A DNA stretch of 64,000 bases, taken from NCBI RefSeq assembly GCF_018977255.1, contig NW_024704742.1, positions 124,932,001-124,996,000 of the forward strand, given 5' to 3'. A model generated the notes under the pieces. It was not told the DNA's origin and searched no databases. It saw only the letters and a program-made list of their open reading frames with translations. Numbering within the stretch: position 1 is the first letter of the stretch; each line of letters starts with the position of its first letter. This DNA is from Callorhinchus milii (Eukaryota). Shown here one piece after another: positions 23,585 through 37,140 of the stretch. Made by a program: the position numbers and the translations under genes.

Positions 23585-23960
23585 CAAAAATTTGCTACAT
23601 TGTCTTTCACATCAGGAGGTTGATCCAAAGTGTTTCACAGGATAAAGTGCAGTGACTGTGTGTTTTTGTGAGCAAAGCGGCAGCCAATTTGTGCACAACA
23701 ATGTCCCACAAACAGCCATGGATTGAATGATCAATTCTATTTTGGGGATTGTTGTCCAAGATACTGGGAGAAATTTACTTCTCATTTTAAATAGTGCCGT
23801 GGGATCTTCAAGTGTCCACCTAATCAGGCAGATGGGCCTCGGTTTAACATCTCAACCAACATGCGGAACACTCCCAGCACTGCATTGGTGTGTCATCTTA
23901 GACTATATGAGCTCCAAGTCCCAACATGGGGCTTCAACCCACAACCTTCTGACTCAGATC
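23585..23960 (-). mobile_element. Deu-domain SINE relic (SacSINE1/AmnSINE1-like)
   Basis: AATAGTGCCGTGGGATC...GGCCTCGGTTTAACATCTCA...AACCCACAACCTTCTGACTCAGA; family name from recall. Confidence 0.7.
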
Positions 23961-24379
23961 GTTTATACATGCCTATGCTGATCTATAATAAAATGTACTC
24001 AATTGTATCGGAGCGGCTGTTTGGCTCTTGGTGATAATGAGTTCAAATGTATTGGGTGCTTTCAGGGTTATTGTTCAACTCTGTTAATATACACCCCATT
24101 GATTGTGTACATGTGTTTTATTTTCTAAAGTGTGTTATTTCATATAGATCCACATTAAACCATCAAGTTTGTCTATTTCCCTTTAGATCTGATTTAAACT
24201 GGATGACCATTATTAAAACTTGGTGCCATCAGCAAATAATACATATGACGACATCTCGAAGTCGTGATAAGGCGCTATATCAAATGCAAGGATTATTATT
24301 ATTATATTTGTTTGAAATATCTCTTGTCACCTTTACGAATAGTTTGAAGAATTAGAACCCAGAACAGACTCCTAAGATT

Positions 24380-24640
24380 TCACTGTTTAATGGATCCCCC
24401 ATTGCACTTAGCCTTTTTAAAAAATTTATCACCACCTTCTGCTTCTCATTGCCACGTCACTTTTGAGTTCAACAAGCTAATTTGCTAACATTAAATGTCT
24501 TCTGAAAATCCAAGTAAATTGTATTGATTTGGATAGCGATCATTCACTAATTTAATAACCTCTTCAAAGAAATCTAGTAGATTTGTTATACATGACCTAT
24601 TGCTCCTAAAACCACACTGATTACTCCTTATGGCCTTTGC
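24380..24640 (-). mobile_element. CR1 RT relic
   Basis: NQCGFRSNRSCITNLLDFFEEV in ORF 24491-24676. Confidence 0.7.
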
Positions 24641-27289
24641 ACTCTGAGATGAGTATTGATAGCATTTTACTTGCAACCAGTCTTAGGCTAACTGATGTAA
24701 GATTCCTTGGTTTGTTTTTTGCTGAAAATTGACATCCTCCAGATCCTGCATTTGTAGATCTCTGAGAACTCCTTTCTATTGCTTCACTCAAAAGGCTTGC
24801 AAGCTGTAATTCTTATCCACACACAAAAAACAAGCCTAAAACCAGAATGTTCAAGTCAAAACAAGGCTCCGTTCTGGGTCTGGCCTATGTCACTAAGTTA
24901 TCAAACGGAAATAGGTATCTTGACCCACAAACATGATGTTCACCTTTCAAAAGAGAGGCCTCAGAGGATCCTTATCAAGTCAAAAAGATGCTAAATAGGA
25001 TAGAAAGAAATAAACCCAGCGTGTCAACCTGCCTCATTTGGTCAGAAGCTTCTGAGTCAGAAGCTTGTGAGTTTGAAGCCCCACGTCAGGGCTTTGAGCT
25101 TATTGTCTAGACTGACACTCCAACGCAGTGCTGAGAATTTGCTGCATGTTGGACATGGTTGAAATATTCAACCAAGGTCCCATTTCCTGCTGAGGTGGAT
25201 GTTCAGGATCCTGTGGCATTATTTAAATAGGACTGAAAACGTAAATCCAGATCAATTCTTTTGGATGCACCATTGTAGTAGAACAAGGGGACAAAGTTTT
25301 TGAGTTGTAGAGAGTTTTTTTTTACTCATAGAGAAATAATGACTGGAAAAGGTTTACCAGAAAGGGTAGTTGACGTAAGGACTTGTTTAAAAAGTAGCTT
25401 GATGGTGTGATGCGGGGGACAGTAAAGTGGGTGTTCTGGAAAAATAAGATTACATTGGCCAAACACATCATATAATAATAATCTGCAAGGATATGATGCG
25501 CCAAAGCAGCAGGACAAGAAGCAGTGGCCTTGTGGTTATGGAGGACAACTTTAGAATAGTCACCAGGAGTTTTTTTCTTTACACAGCATGTTGCTAAAGG
25601 CTGAAATGAATTACCAATAAGGATTTTAGAGACCAACATATTGGACTTATTTAGGAAATCGCTTCACATTAAAATAGAAAAATAATAGGAAGGATTCTCT
25701 TTGTTCAAATTTTTGTGATCTTGTGTGATCTGCTCTGAGTGGACAAAGAAAACCGTAAAAGTAAAGAAATCAGGTTTAATCAGTAAGCAAGCTGTAGTGT
25801 ATGAATTGTATGGTGGGCCTGACCTTTATGAGCAGTATAAAAGTTGTTCATTATGTATTAATTAGCCCATCCGTGTTAATTAACACATCACACATCAAAT
25901 GTTCATCCTTTTCTGCAAGCGTGTCCAGTCAGCTGTGTGAGGCTCTTTGAGATGTCCTGTGAAAATGTATAATAATAATTCTAACATTTAGTATTGCGCC
26001 TTTCATGTCAGGAGGAATTATCAAAGCACTTCATAGGATTTTACTGTAAAGTGTACTGAAAAGTGGGTTTTGTAGGTGAATGCGAAAACCTGTTTATGCA
26101 GAAATATTCCACAATAACCATGAGGTGAGTGACCAATTTTCTCTGGGGGATTGTTGGCCAGGACACTGGGAGAAACTCGAAGGGTCTTCTTCATGAAAAC
26201 TGATCTTGTAGTCTTGTGATTGTGTGAGTTGTACTGTAACATGAGTCACTTCCTTCGAACAAAATTATTGGAGGTGGGGGAGAGAATCAACAGTCGATTT
26301 CCCCACAGTGGTATAATAATGAATAATAATAATAATAATAATAATAACAACAACAATAATCCTTACGTTTGATATAGCGCTTTTCGTGTTGGAAGGACAT
26401 CTCAAATTTCTTCATAGGATTATCTGTAAAATGCAATGACTGTATTTTGTGGATGAACGAGAGAGACAATCTGCCTATAGCATTGTCCCACAAACAGCCA
26501 TGAAGTGATGACTTGGGAATAATATTCCCCAAAACCCTTTAACATCAACAGTATTTCTGCACTTCTATAAATCTAAAAAGAGACAGAACAGTAAAGTCAT
26601 CTGTAAGTAAACTTACAAACTTTGGTGACGTGACATAAAAGAAGATTCCACTGTATGCATTCACCACTAAAAGTCAGTAAATGTACTGCTCAATGGAATA
26701 TCTCCTTGTGTTTAAAGAGAACAGCATACAGGGTACTTAGAGTTTTTATTGGGAAAAATGTAAGGGCACACTATTTCTTGTGAATGACATATCTTATTCT
26801 CATTCTTAAAGCTAGTTTACACACAGAGAGGCTTCTGTTGGTGACTCTGCATAATTAATGGGAAATTAATGGAGCAGAATACAGGACAGAAGGGTGGAAG
26901 ATCATCTTAAATCACTGAGGGTGGACTGCAGTTGAAAATAAACTTGCTTACGTGTAAAATTGCTACGATTAAGCATTTAATGATACAGACATGAATGGGA
27001 ATATTTGCACGTGAATCAAAATTGAATTGCTCATATTCTGCTTTGCTTTTCAGTAGGGCTGCCTATATATTAAATACCTTAAATTGACAGATACATTTTT
27101 TTTTAAAAAGGGGGATATAGAAGCTTTCAATTTATTGAAAACATGCACAGGACATGATCCTTTAGCAACGACTGCTTTAGAGAAAAGAGACAATTTACAA
27201 CCTCTACTGTTCTAATCCTTAAAAAACAAGTTTAAAATCCATCATGATTTTCACTAATCTCCAATACATGTTTAATTTAAGCCATGTCA

Positions 27290-27900
27290 GGCTGACAAAA
27301 AATGAAATAGGAATGGCTTTTGCTTGAGGCTTCCTCCTAATTTGACAGGTCCTTCTACAGCTGTCTGCATAAATATGACAATACATTTCTAAATCTCCAG
27401 AGAGCTGGTAAATACACATGGATGCACTTAACTGCTGGTGAGCAACATAAAGTAGGCCTGCAGGAAACTGCTGCACTAATGTAGCCTTTTATTAATCTCT
27501 AATTACAGTTTTGTCATCTTAGCGGGGAGGCAAAACTATATAGGTTCCACAATGGCCAAGAGCCTGCCAGCACCTAGCAACCAGCAATTCTTTCATATTA
27601 GGTGCAGAGAACTCACTGCCGCTGCACTGAAGGTGGTTATGGATCACCGCTCTGTTATTTATAGATCACAGTTTAAAAGCAGCCTTCGCCGCAGCAGATA
27701 AATTAGCCGCTTAATAAGCTGCAGCAAACAAAAAAACATTGCGTGAAATGGTGCATAAACTATGAAATTAAAATGCGGGTCGCAACAAATCGTTTTTGTA
27801 ACCTGGTCAAACAGAAGTGTTGATTTGCGTGTTAAATCAATCTTCATTTATGACTAAAGTCATAAATGAATCAAACAAAAGGCTTGCTTTGCAGGAAAAG
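27290..27900. promoter_or_regulatory. candidate conserved non-coding element or enhancer
   Basis: Repeat-free, dense TAAT/TTTAT/TGACA/AACAAA motifs, retained CpGs, perfect palindrome 27843-27870; conservation untested. Confidence 0.45.
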
Positions 27901-28394
27901 GTTTGAGCTTCCAAAGGACCATTTCTGCAATACAAAGGATATCTGTCTTATTTAGCCTTACAGTAAAGAATGTAGGTGTGCCCACCACTTGTATTTATTA
28001 CCAGAAAATATATAATAATAATTCATATGTTTGCTACAGTGTCATTCGTGTCTGGAGGATGTCTCAATGCACTTCTCAGTACATACCGTAAAGTGGAATG
28101 ACTGTATTGTGGAGGCGAACTTGTTTTATCGTCTGTCTGACAATAAAATATTGAAGGTGACAAGAATTGGCAGTTGCATGTGGCATTGCATTTTTCTTGG
28201 GAAGCAAGGTTAAACCAATACAGTATCAGGATCTGCACACAGCACGCCAATGCAGTCACATTATTGATGTCAATAATATATTACAGGGCCAACTATGTTC
28301 AACTTTATTTTCCGTTTTCTGCGTTGCACATTCACTGCTTCATCTAAAGAGTGAAAGAGGAAAGACAGATGCAACAGATTTAGCAAAATCTTGT

Positions 28395-28742
28395 ATTAAC
28401 CTGGTTGAGTTAGTGGCATTCTCATTTCTGAGTCAGAAGGTTGTGGTTTCAAGTCCCATTTTGAAACTCTGAACTCAGATGAGATGTTAAACCAAGGCTC
28501 TCTGAATCCGGTTTAAGTGATATTAAAGATCTTATGGCACTATATGAAAAGTGAAGGGAGTTTCTCCCAGTGTTTTGTCCAACATCCCCCCCAGATAAAA
28601 TTGTTAATTCACTTCATGATTGTTTGTGGGACATTGTGGTGTGCAAATTTTCTGCTGTGTTTGCCTACAAACATACATAGTATATTCTGTGAAGTGCTTT
28701 AGGGTGTCCTCCTAACACGAAAACACAATATCAAATGCAAGG
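28395..28742 (+). mobile_element. Deu-domain SINE relic
   Basis: TCTGAGTCAGAAGGTTGTGG head, GATGAGATGTTAAACC, TGGCACTAT, shared 3' region. Confidence 0.7.
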
Positions 28743-29214
28743 AGAACAAAAGAAGGGGAGGGGAACCCAATTCAACATATAACAATGCTATTTTCACCAC
28801 TTGGAGGAATAATTTTAAACATGTTATCACTTTTTTAAAAAAATGTGGATTTCTAATTTTTTTAGTGTTGTTTTCTTTCCATTGGCAAATGCCTCTGCTT
28901 CTTGTTCCTGGTCTCTTCATGCTGTTATACATTCCACATTCCATGGGCACTGTTTGCTCTGCAATAACCCACCCAAACATTGGTCATGTGTGAGCCTCGG
29001 CAGTGAATGTCAGAAGGCCATTCAAATGTAGAGAGTGTCGCAGCCTAGACTGACCTGCCAGCACATATTTCATGGCCAGTAGAGAGTGCTGTAGAAGAAC
29101 CAGGAGAAGAAACAGTGACTGCCTTTCCATCCCTAACACCCAAGAAGGTTGGGGCTAATTCGACCGCTCCATAGAACCCCAACTGAGAACCGCGGGAATC
29201 AAATATGCCTGGTA

Positions 29215-29712
29215 ATTAACCTGGTGACAACCTGGTTCATACTCTTGCCTCTGAGTCAGAAGGTTGTGGGATCAAGCCCTCAGTGGGGACTTGGAATGCA
29301 TATAGAATATAATACAAAATTACATTTGTATAGTGCCTTTCATGTCAGGAGGAGCTCCCAAGGCACTGACATACAGTCTAGCTGACACTCCAATGCAGTG
29401 CTTGAGGTGTGCTGGATTATTGGAGATCCTTCAGATAAGATGTTAAAAAATGAGGTCCAGTCATGGACATTAAAGATTGCATGGCACTATTTGAAAAGAG
29501 AAGGGAGTTTCTCCCGGTGTCTTGGTCAACAATGCCCCCAAATAAAATTGGTCATTCACTTCATACTGTTTGTGGGACATGGCTATGTGCAAATTGATTG
29601 CTGCGTTTGCCCACAAAGTACACAGTGACTACACTTTACAGTATATCCTATGAAGCGCTTTGAGACATTTTCCTGTCGTGAAAGGAGTTATACCAAATAT
29701 AAAGATCATTGT
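29215..29712 (+). mobile_element. Deu-domain SINE, near full length
   Basis: CTCTTGCCTCTGAGTCAGAAGGTTGTGGG...GCTGACACTCCAATGCAGTGC...AGCGCTTTGAGAC. Confidence 0.72.
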
Positions 29713-32700
29713 TGTTCCTAATGCTCAGTGACATAGTGTGGAACAGTTATAGATTTCAATGATGCTTTGGTCAGTTTCCAAGGCAAGCCGTGTTAAACGA
29801 TAGAATCTCCATGTGTGGGGAGGAAAAACCAGCTGAGAATGATATCCCTGACATCCCTTGAGGCTACGGAGACACTGCAGACTCTTGGCAGCAGCTGTTC
29901 AGCTACAGGTATCAGGAGATAGACAAGGAATAGGAGATAAAAATGTAAAAAAGTACAAAATTGACCTGCAAAAAACTCAAAAGTCTAAATTCATAGTGAA
30001 CCACAATAACCACAATTGTGGTTGGTTGCATCATTGCTGCATCACTATTTATAACAGAAAGGTTATTTTGGCAGTAAGCCGAGTCTTGCATAATTACTGC
30101 AAGCTCACATTTACAAAGTGAGATAAACACAGCCCAAATAGATTGTTATATAACTAAAGCATCAATTAAACAAAACAATATGGGAAGCACTTTACTAAAA
30201 GCAATGAATCTGCAAGCTCGCACTTTTTTGTGTGTCGACTATAGAACAAATACACGGTCACTACATTTGAGATATTCTGTATGAAATGCAACGTTTATTA
30301 TTATTCATTCCTTTTGTATTTTTTCTTTGGGATTCCTGTCGCTCAAACAGGAACTCTTCTGTTAATCAGAGGTAAAAACATAATAATCCTTACATTTTTT
30401 ATAGTGCTTTTTACATTGGGAAGATGTCTCAAAGTGCTTCACAGGATATACTTTAGTTTAGTGACTGTGGCATCAGCCAATTTCCACACAATGTGATGCA
30501 AACAGCCATGAAGTGAATGACCAATTTTATTTGGAGAAATGTTGGCTGGGACGCAGGGAAAAATCAGAACGCAATGATACCAAGTAATGTTTGACTATCG
30601 GGATACAAGCATGTGACAGATTACTCCAAAAAATCAGGATGAAAAGTCCACTACGTCTTCCAATTTGAATTGAAAACTGTAACTTGCTTTGCAAGGTTAA
30701 AGGGAAAAAAGGATCTAGATGAAGAGATGGTTGTACACTTCAAAACTAGATTCTACAAAACATAAATACAGTGTATATTATCCTGCAGGAAATACAGTGA
30801 CAATTATATGTAGTTCCATATGTCCCCAATAGAGGGAGCTAGTCGTAGATGGAATACTGCTGTTTGGCAAGTTCTTGGATTATGCCTGTGATTTAGCAGA
30901 GCAGAATGCTGCAACAATTGGGAATAAGCGATTTTCTGTATGGAAACAGATTGGATGTGGAATGAATGCAGTTAGAATTAGGCATTGCTGCAACAATATG
31001 AAAACTGTTTGCTCTGGTCTGTTTTGGATTGAAATATTACACCGACGGACAGTGATCAAAGTTGTTTTGACAAAATCAAGTAAAATGAGAGATGATCTAG
31101 AAAAGTACACATGGTGTGAATGGGATCAGGTTAGGCGAAAGTATCTTGTAAAATGGCTTGCCAGTGGTGATGCTAGAGTTCTGTTTTGTCAACAAGAACA
31201 AAATAAAATGCCTCTGAGTCCCTAACTCTTGAACGCACATGTCTCAGTCGGGTTGAGGTTTGTACCCAGTGAACTAAAACAAGTAAAGTGATCCACCATG
31301 GACAGAGGTGAGTTGAGGATAAGCTGACAGCTTCCTGATTGAAATGTGCCTCCTGCTAGTCGCCGATGCTTGGCACAGGGTGATTGAGGATAGATCTACG
31401 GGCAAGCCTGCAGAAAAGTACACTGTGGTGGATAGAAAACCTGGGGTGGAAACAAATAAAGAAAAGTTGCTTCATGTTCAGCAAACACTAGATATCAGTC
31501 ATGTTTCTACCTTTTTATTTAGTGCACCTCACTTATATTGTCAACATGTGGCTTTGAGAGCTAATATCTGGAAGATTTATTTGGAGAATTTTGAATGATT
31601 TCATGGAAGGTCTTTCTAAATTAGGTTCCCTGTAGTTAGCAATTTAGAATAAATTAATCAATACCATGTCAATAGAGAAGGTAGTTGTCTTTTATTAGTG
31701 TCATAGATTCATTACAAAGGTGAAGTTAAAGACTGGAAGGAACATTTGACATTGAGGATTAGGGTCATTGGAAGGGTGAACCCAACAATAAACAGTAAAT
31801 CTGTTGCATTACTATTCAATTGATTTTTCAACTATCCAACATGATTCTTTCTTTCAGTGATATGAATGTGCTCAGAAATGCATGTGAATGGTCTTAGAAT
31901 ACAGGTTTTTGAATAATATGCATTTTAACAAGAGACATAACAGGGCAACCTGTCGTCACCTCACTAACAATGCTCAGACAGCGCATTGATTATGTCACAC
32001 AGCTTGCGATCCATAATACTATAGAAGGCTGGTGAATGATTTGCTGGAAACTGAAATGGTTTAAATACAGCAGTGTTCCTCAGAAGAATTCCATTAATCT
32101 TGGGGGGAAAAAAGTTAGGCCTGATAAAGAGTAGGAACAAAAGAACGGCATACCCTATTTAGTATTGTTCAACCAAAATAATAACAATCATCATTATCAT
32201 CATCCCTGCATTTGGTAAAAGTGCTTCACAGGATTCACTATAAAATGCAGTGATTGTATTTTTTAGGCGAACATGACAGTCAATTTGCACAAAAACAGCC
32301 ATGATGTGAATGGCCAATTTTATTTGGGAGATTGTTAGCCAGGGCACCAGGGGAAACGCCATTCTCTTTTTAAATTTGTAGCGATCAATCATTTAGCAGC
32401 TATAAAGAGCTGCAGATTCATTAAAAAAATTATTGACTACTGGAATGCTGCACATAACGTGCATTAATTACGTCCATTTTATTTATTTTCTTCTATCTAA
32501 TCTCTATAATTTGAAGAATGCAGCAAATCCTTTGTATCAAAAATATAAAAGAAAAGATATTGAAATTTGAAATATTTTAATTATTAGTATTCAGCAAATA
32601 CTAGTGCCATGGGATCTTTAACATCCACCTGAATAAGGAGATAGGACCATGGTTTAACTTCTCATCTAAAGGTCAGCACTTCCAACAAAGCAGTATCCTC

Positions 32701-33739
32701 TAGAACTGTACTGGATTACCAGCCTAGACGATATAAATTCAAAGCCCCGATGAACCCACAACTTTCTGACTCAGAGGCAAGATTGCTACGAATTGAACCA
32801 GGCTGACACGTACAGTTGAATTGAATGGTACCTATAACTACTGAAGCCAATAAGTAAGCAACTGTTGGTAAGAGTTATACAGAACAATCCTGATATAAAG
32901 CAGTCATCAGTGTCCAGTGTTTCAGGTGTTTCTACTGAGTCAGTACCAGCCCGATGTGTGCACACGTGTCTGCTTGCCATGCAAAAAAATCGCCGACCTT
33001 CAGCTTGTATTGACGTCTTGCATGCAGGAAGTGACTTTAGTAGTGATCTGACAATCCAGAAGTCACCCAGATTTTAACGCGAGGGAAGCCGATTGGTCAA
33101 TCCACTGAAAACACCCGCTGGTCTACAGATCACCCGCCTTGTAAGCAAGCCAGCCTTGTAATAGGGCACCTTATAATGGAGTTGCTGCATATTGAGGTTT
33201 AATTTGCTGTGATTTGCAACAGAACAGGAAGGGAATCCTGTGAGAAACCAAAATTGTGTCATACCAAAATTGAAGAGAGGCTCCAAGGTCCACTTACAAA
33301 CACGTCAGAGTGAAGATCCACATGTCTGCCAGGTCACTTCTGGTTACCGACCGGTAAGATTTCCTATTTGGGACTGGGAGTCCACATTCAATCGACTCCT
33401 GTTATGAATTGACACACATTAGACCATCATATCTATTGTGTCTGAAACATAATTTTAAAATGGGAGTTGATAGTGGCAAGAGAGCGTGGCTTGTGTCTGA
33501 TTTGGTTGGGCTGGGTTAGCAGTCTTCGTGCATTGTGTGCCCCCACCCCAGACACTGTAGTTGTGTATGCCACAATATCTGAAAGATGATTCCCTAGGGT
33601 AGCACCTAATCAAGTTCTATGTCTGTCCTGTCCCCTCCTTCCCAATATCTTTCCTAAAACAGCAAATATTAATAATCCTTGCATTTATATAGGGCCTTGA
33701 GACATCCTCCCGACGTGAAAGGCGCTTTAGAAATGTAAC

Positions 33740-34084
33740 TTTGTATTTTTGTATTGTCTTATCACATTGTTGAGATGTCTCAAAGCACTTCACAGAATAT
33801 ATTGCAAAGTGAATTGATTGCATATTTTGGCGGCAAAACGTACAGCCAATTGCTCACGGCAGTGTCCCACAAGTCGTGGATTGAGTGACCAAATAATTTT
33901 TATTTATTTTGAAAGAATTATTACCCCTGGAAAAGCAATCCACCAATCAACTAACAACCAATTTCCTACTTACTGCGAGGTAAATAGTGGTGTGTGGAGC
34001 AAGGAAACTTGCCTAAGGCTTCGCCCCGGCTGGGAATCGAAACTGCAAGGCGAGTGGTCTAACCAATACCCTACAGGACTCCAC
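33740..34084 (-). mobile_element. tRNA-Ala SINE, long subfamily (diverged)
   Basis: Body and head similarity to the 39485 copy. Confidence 0.8.
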
Positions 34085-34449
34085 AACAGCACTTGATATT
34101 CCAATTATGGCTTCAGCAGTAATCCAAACAAGATTAGAACAGCCCCTTACACTTTATAGTCAAAACACCCTTGAGATAGAACCGAGCACTTGATTAGCTT
34201 TTTCATTTGTGATTACAGAGGCACAGCCTCATAACAGATCTAAGGTTGTGCTGGTTAATCCCAAGGTTTACCGGAACAGATGGTTCTATGAAGGTTTAGT
34301 GAAACCTTTATGAAAACACTCAGCCAGTGGTTGGGATTGACCCAAACAAGCAGAGCTTATTTGAATTTCACTATGTTGTGAAATGGACTGCTTCAAAAGA
34401 CCATCCAGGCAGAATCTAATGGGACATTTAATAGGAAGATAGATAGAAA

Positions 34450-34450
34450 G

Positions 34451-34483
<33 letters not shown>

Positions 34484-34494
34484 TACATACATAC
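34450..34494. repeat. (CA)n/(CATA)n microsatellite
   Basis: Direct reading; a related tract lies at 34801-34882. Confidence 0.9.
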
Positions 34495-34802
34495 ATAATA
34501 ATAATCCTTGCAATTGATACAGCACTTTTCACATCTTCTCGATGTCTCAAAGTGCTTCACAGAATAGACTGTAAAGTGAATTGACCGTATATTTGTAGGC
34601 GAAACGCGGCAGCCAATTGCGCACAGCAGTGTCCTACAAACAATCATGGATTGAAAATGACCAATTTACTATTATTTTGGAGGGATTATTATTAGGCGTG
34701 TGGAGTAAGAAGACTTTCCCAAGGTTTCGTCCTGCCTGGAATTGAACCTAGGTGTCTCGCTTGCAAGGCGAGTGCTCTAACCACTGAGCTACAGGACTCC
34801 AC
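34495..34802 (-). mobile_element. tRNA-Ala SINE, short subfamily
   Basis: Full length; head nearly identical to the 961 copy. Confidence 0.92.
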
Positions 34803-36477
34803 ATACATACATGCATGCAAGCATGCATACATGCATACATACATACATACATATGTACGTATGTACGTACATACACACATATACTTGGGAAGTAGGGGGA
34901 ATGAGAAAAAGGTTGCTGAGCCTTCAGGCTCTATGCTCCTTGCATCTGGCATAACCTGCCTCTATCCTACAGTATATCCTTTACAATTTATCCTGTGAAG
35001 TGCTCTGGGACCTACCCTGCATGAGGGCCACTATATAAAGGTAAGGTGTTGTCATTGTTGTTGAAGCATTTTGAGATGTTTCATTGATGTGATAAGGTGC
35101 TCTATCAAATAAAATAAAAATCAAATGCAAGAATTATTATCGTTATATTATTATTATCCCTCTGCCTCACCCCTCTCCAACTGTCTTTAAATCCTATGGG
35201 CACCTCCCCTACCCCTTCGCACTTGCTCAGTGCCACTGTGAAGTGCTACGAGTCATTACCTTACATGAAGGACACAATATAAATACAAGTTGCTGTTGAA
35301 ATATAGATTAAAAAATCTATTTGTCATGAAGCAATAAACTGTCAGAATGAGCTGAAAAGGCCTCCTCCTGTCTGTATGTTTTTAATTTTATTCCTTGACG
35401 TGTTTCCATTCATATTTTCTTGCAATCTCATATATCATTTATTATTATTGCATTATGAAACTTAGGTAAGTTGAAAGAGCAAATAAATCATCTTAAGTTA
35501 AGTGTCCAATTGGCTCGTTGATAGCACTCTCACTTCTGAATCAGAAGGATTTGGGTAGAGTCCCACATTGGTATTTGAGCTCATTGTCTCGCGCTGGCAC
35601 TCCACTGGAGACCTGGGAGAGCGTAGCAATGTTGGAGGTAACATCTTTCAGACAAAACATTAACCCAAGGCCCCATCTGCCTGTTTAGATGGTTATTAAA
35701 TATCCCGTGGGATCATTGGTATGAGAAGACAGTTGACCAATTAATCTGAAGGATTGGTGGCCAAAATACCAGTCTTGGCTAATATTCCTCTGGATTAATT
35801 GACCATTCACGTCATGTATATTTGTAACATAATTACAGTGGTTATTTATACCATGTTCCTCCCATATGTTCTCAGACAGTGGTTTGTAAAGTGCGGTCAA
35901 TGAAGAAGGTGTGTGTGTGTGCCAGCAAATACCAAACAGTGTGTTAATTCTCAAAAAGGTCACTAAATTGATTGCCAGTGTTGATTAGCATATTAGTGTT
36001 AATTAGCACATCACAAAATTTACTCCCTACATTTGAAGTGGCCTAAGGAGAGCTAAGTGCTGCTGTTTACCCTTTAAATTAGACCAACTGCACTTTCAGC
36101 CACTCTCCTCCCACCACTCCCTCTCTCCTATCAGCCTTCCTCCCAGTTTCCACCTTTCCCTCAGCTCTGGCTATGATTCAGCTGTGTGAAGCAATTTGAG
36201 ATGTCCTCCATGAAAGTCATCGAATAAATGTAAATCGTTGATGCAAGTTATACTGACAGTTGGTCAAACAAATTTTTCTTCAGTGAGCAAGGGAAAGTGT
36301 GAGGAGTCTGACTTTTAAACCACTGACATGACTGAAACTGATTTAGAATTTGCTTTTTTATTAATAAGAAATAGATCAGAAGAGATTATAATAATTTGTG
36401 CATTTGATCTAGTGCCTATAATATCTGACATCTCAGTAACATCTTAAAGCACTTCACATATCATTGCTGTCAAGTAG

Positions 36478-36752
36478 CATGGTGGTTAGTGTGCTAGCCT
36501 CACAAATGAGAGGACCTGAGTTTGATTCCCGGGCAAAACCTTTAACAAGTTTCCTTACTCCACGCCTTTGTTTACCTAGCAGTAAGTAGGCACCTGGTTG
36601 TTAGTTGATTGGTGGATCGTTTTCTGGGAGTAATAATGGCTCAAAATACATTAGTCACGCAAATCCATGATTGTTGTGGGACCCACAAAACAGTCAATAT
36701 TGTTACGATATATTCTGTGAAGTTCTTTGAGACGTCTCAACGATGTGATAAG
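36478..36752 (+). mobile_element. tRNA-Ala SINE, long subfamily (diverged, deleted)
   Basis: GTTTCCTTACTCCACGCCTTTGTTTACCTAGCAGTAAGTAGG. Confidence 0.75.
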
Positions 36753-37140
36753 GGTGAATCCATGACCAGGACTTTAGGAGAAACTTTACATTTCAATCTT
36801 ATGAAGTATTTTGAGAGGTTTTCTCTTTTTGACAAAGAATTATAAATATTTTTTTTGCTGATGTTGTGGTTGAAATCCGTACAGTTCATCAGTGAAGTGA
36901 GAGGCAGTTGCTGTGTGCCGAAGAAGTGTTTTGTGCCGACATTGGGCACTTAGACTTTCTGGGGAACTTTTATACAATTGTTTGGTTAAGCATGTTGTTA
37001 CCTAGGGGTATATCCTCCTGAGAACATGGAATTTTATGGGAACTGTGCTTCCTTTAGTCTTACAAATTGGTTCTCTTCTATCTTCTGCTATATCTCCATT
37101 TGCATTGGATTATTTGGTACATAATGTTACTTTCAGGCTT

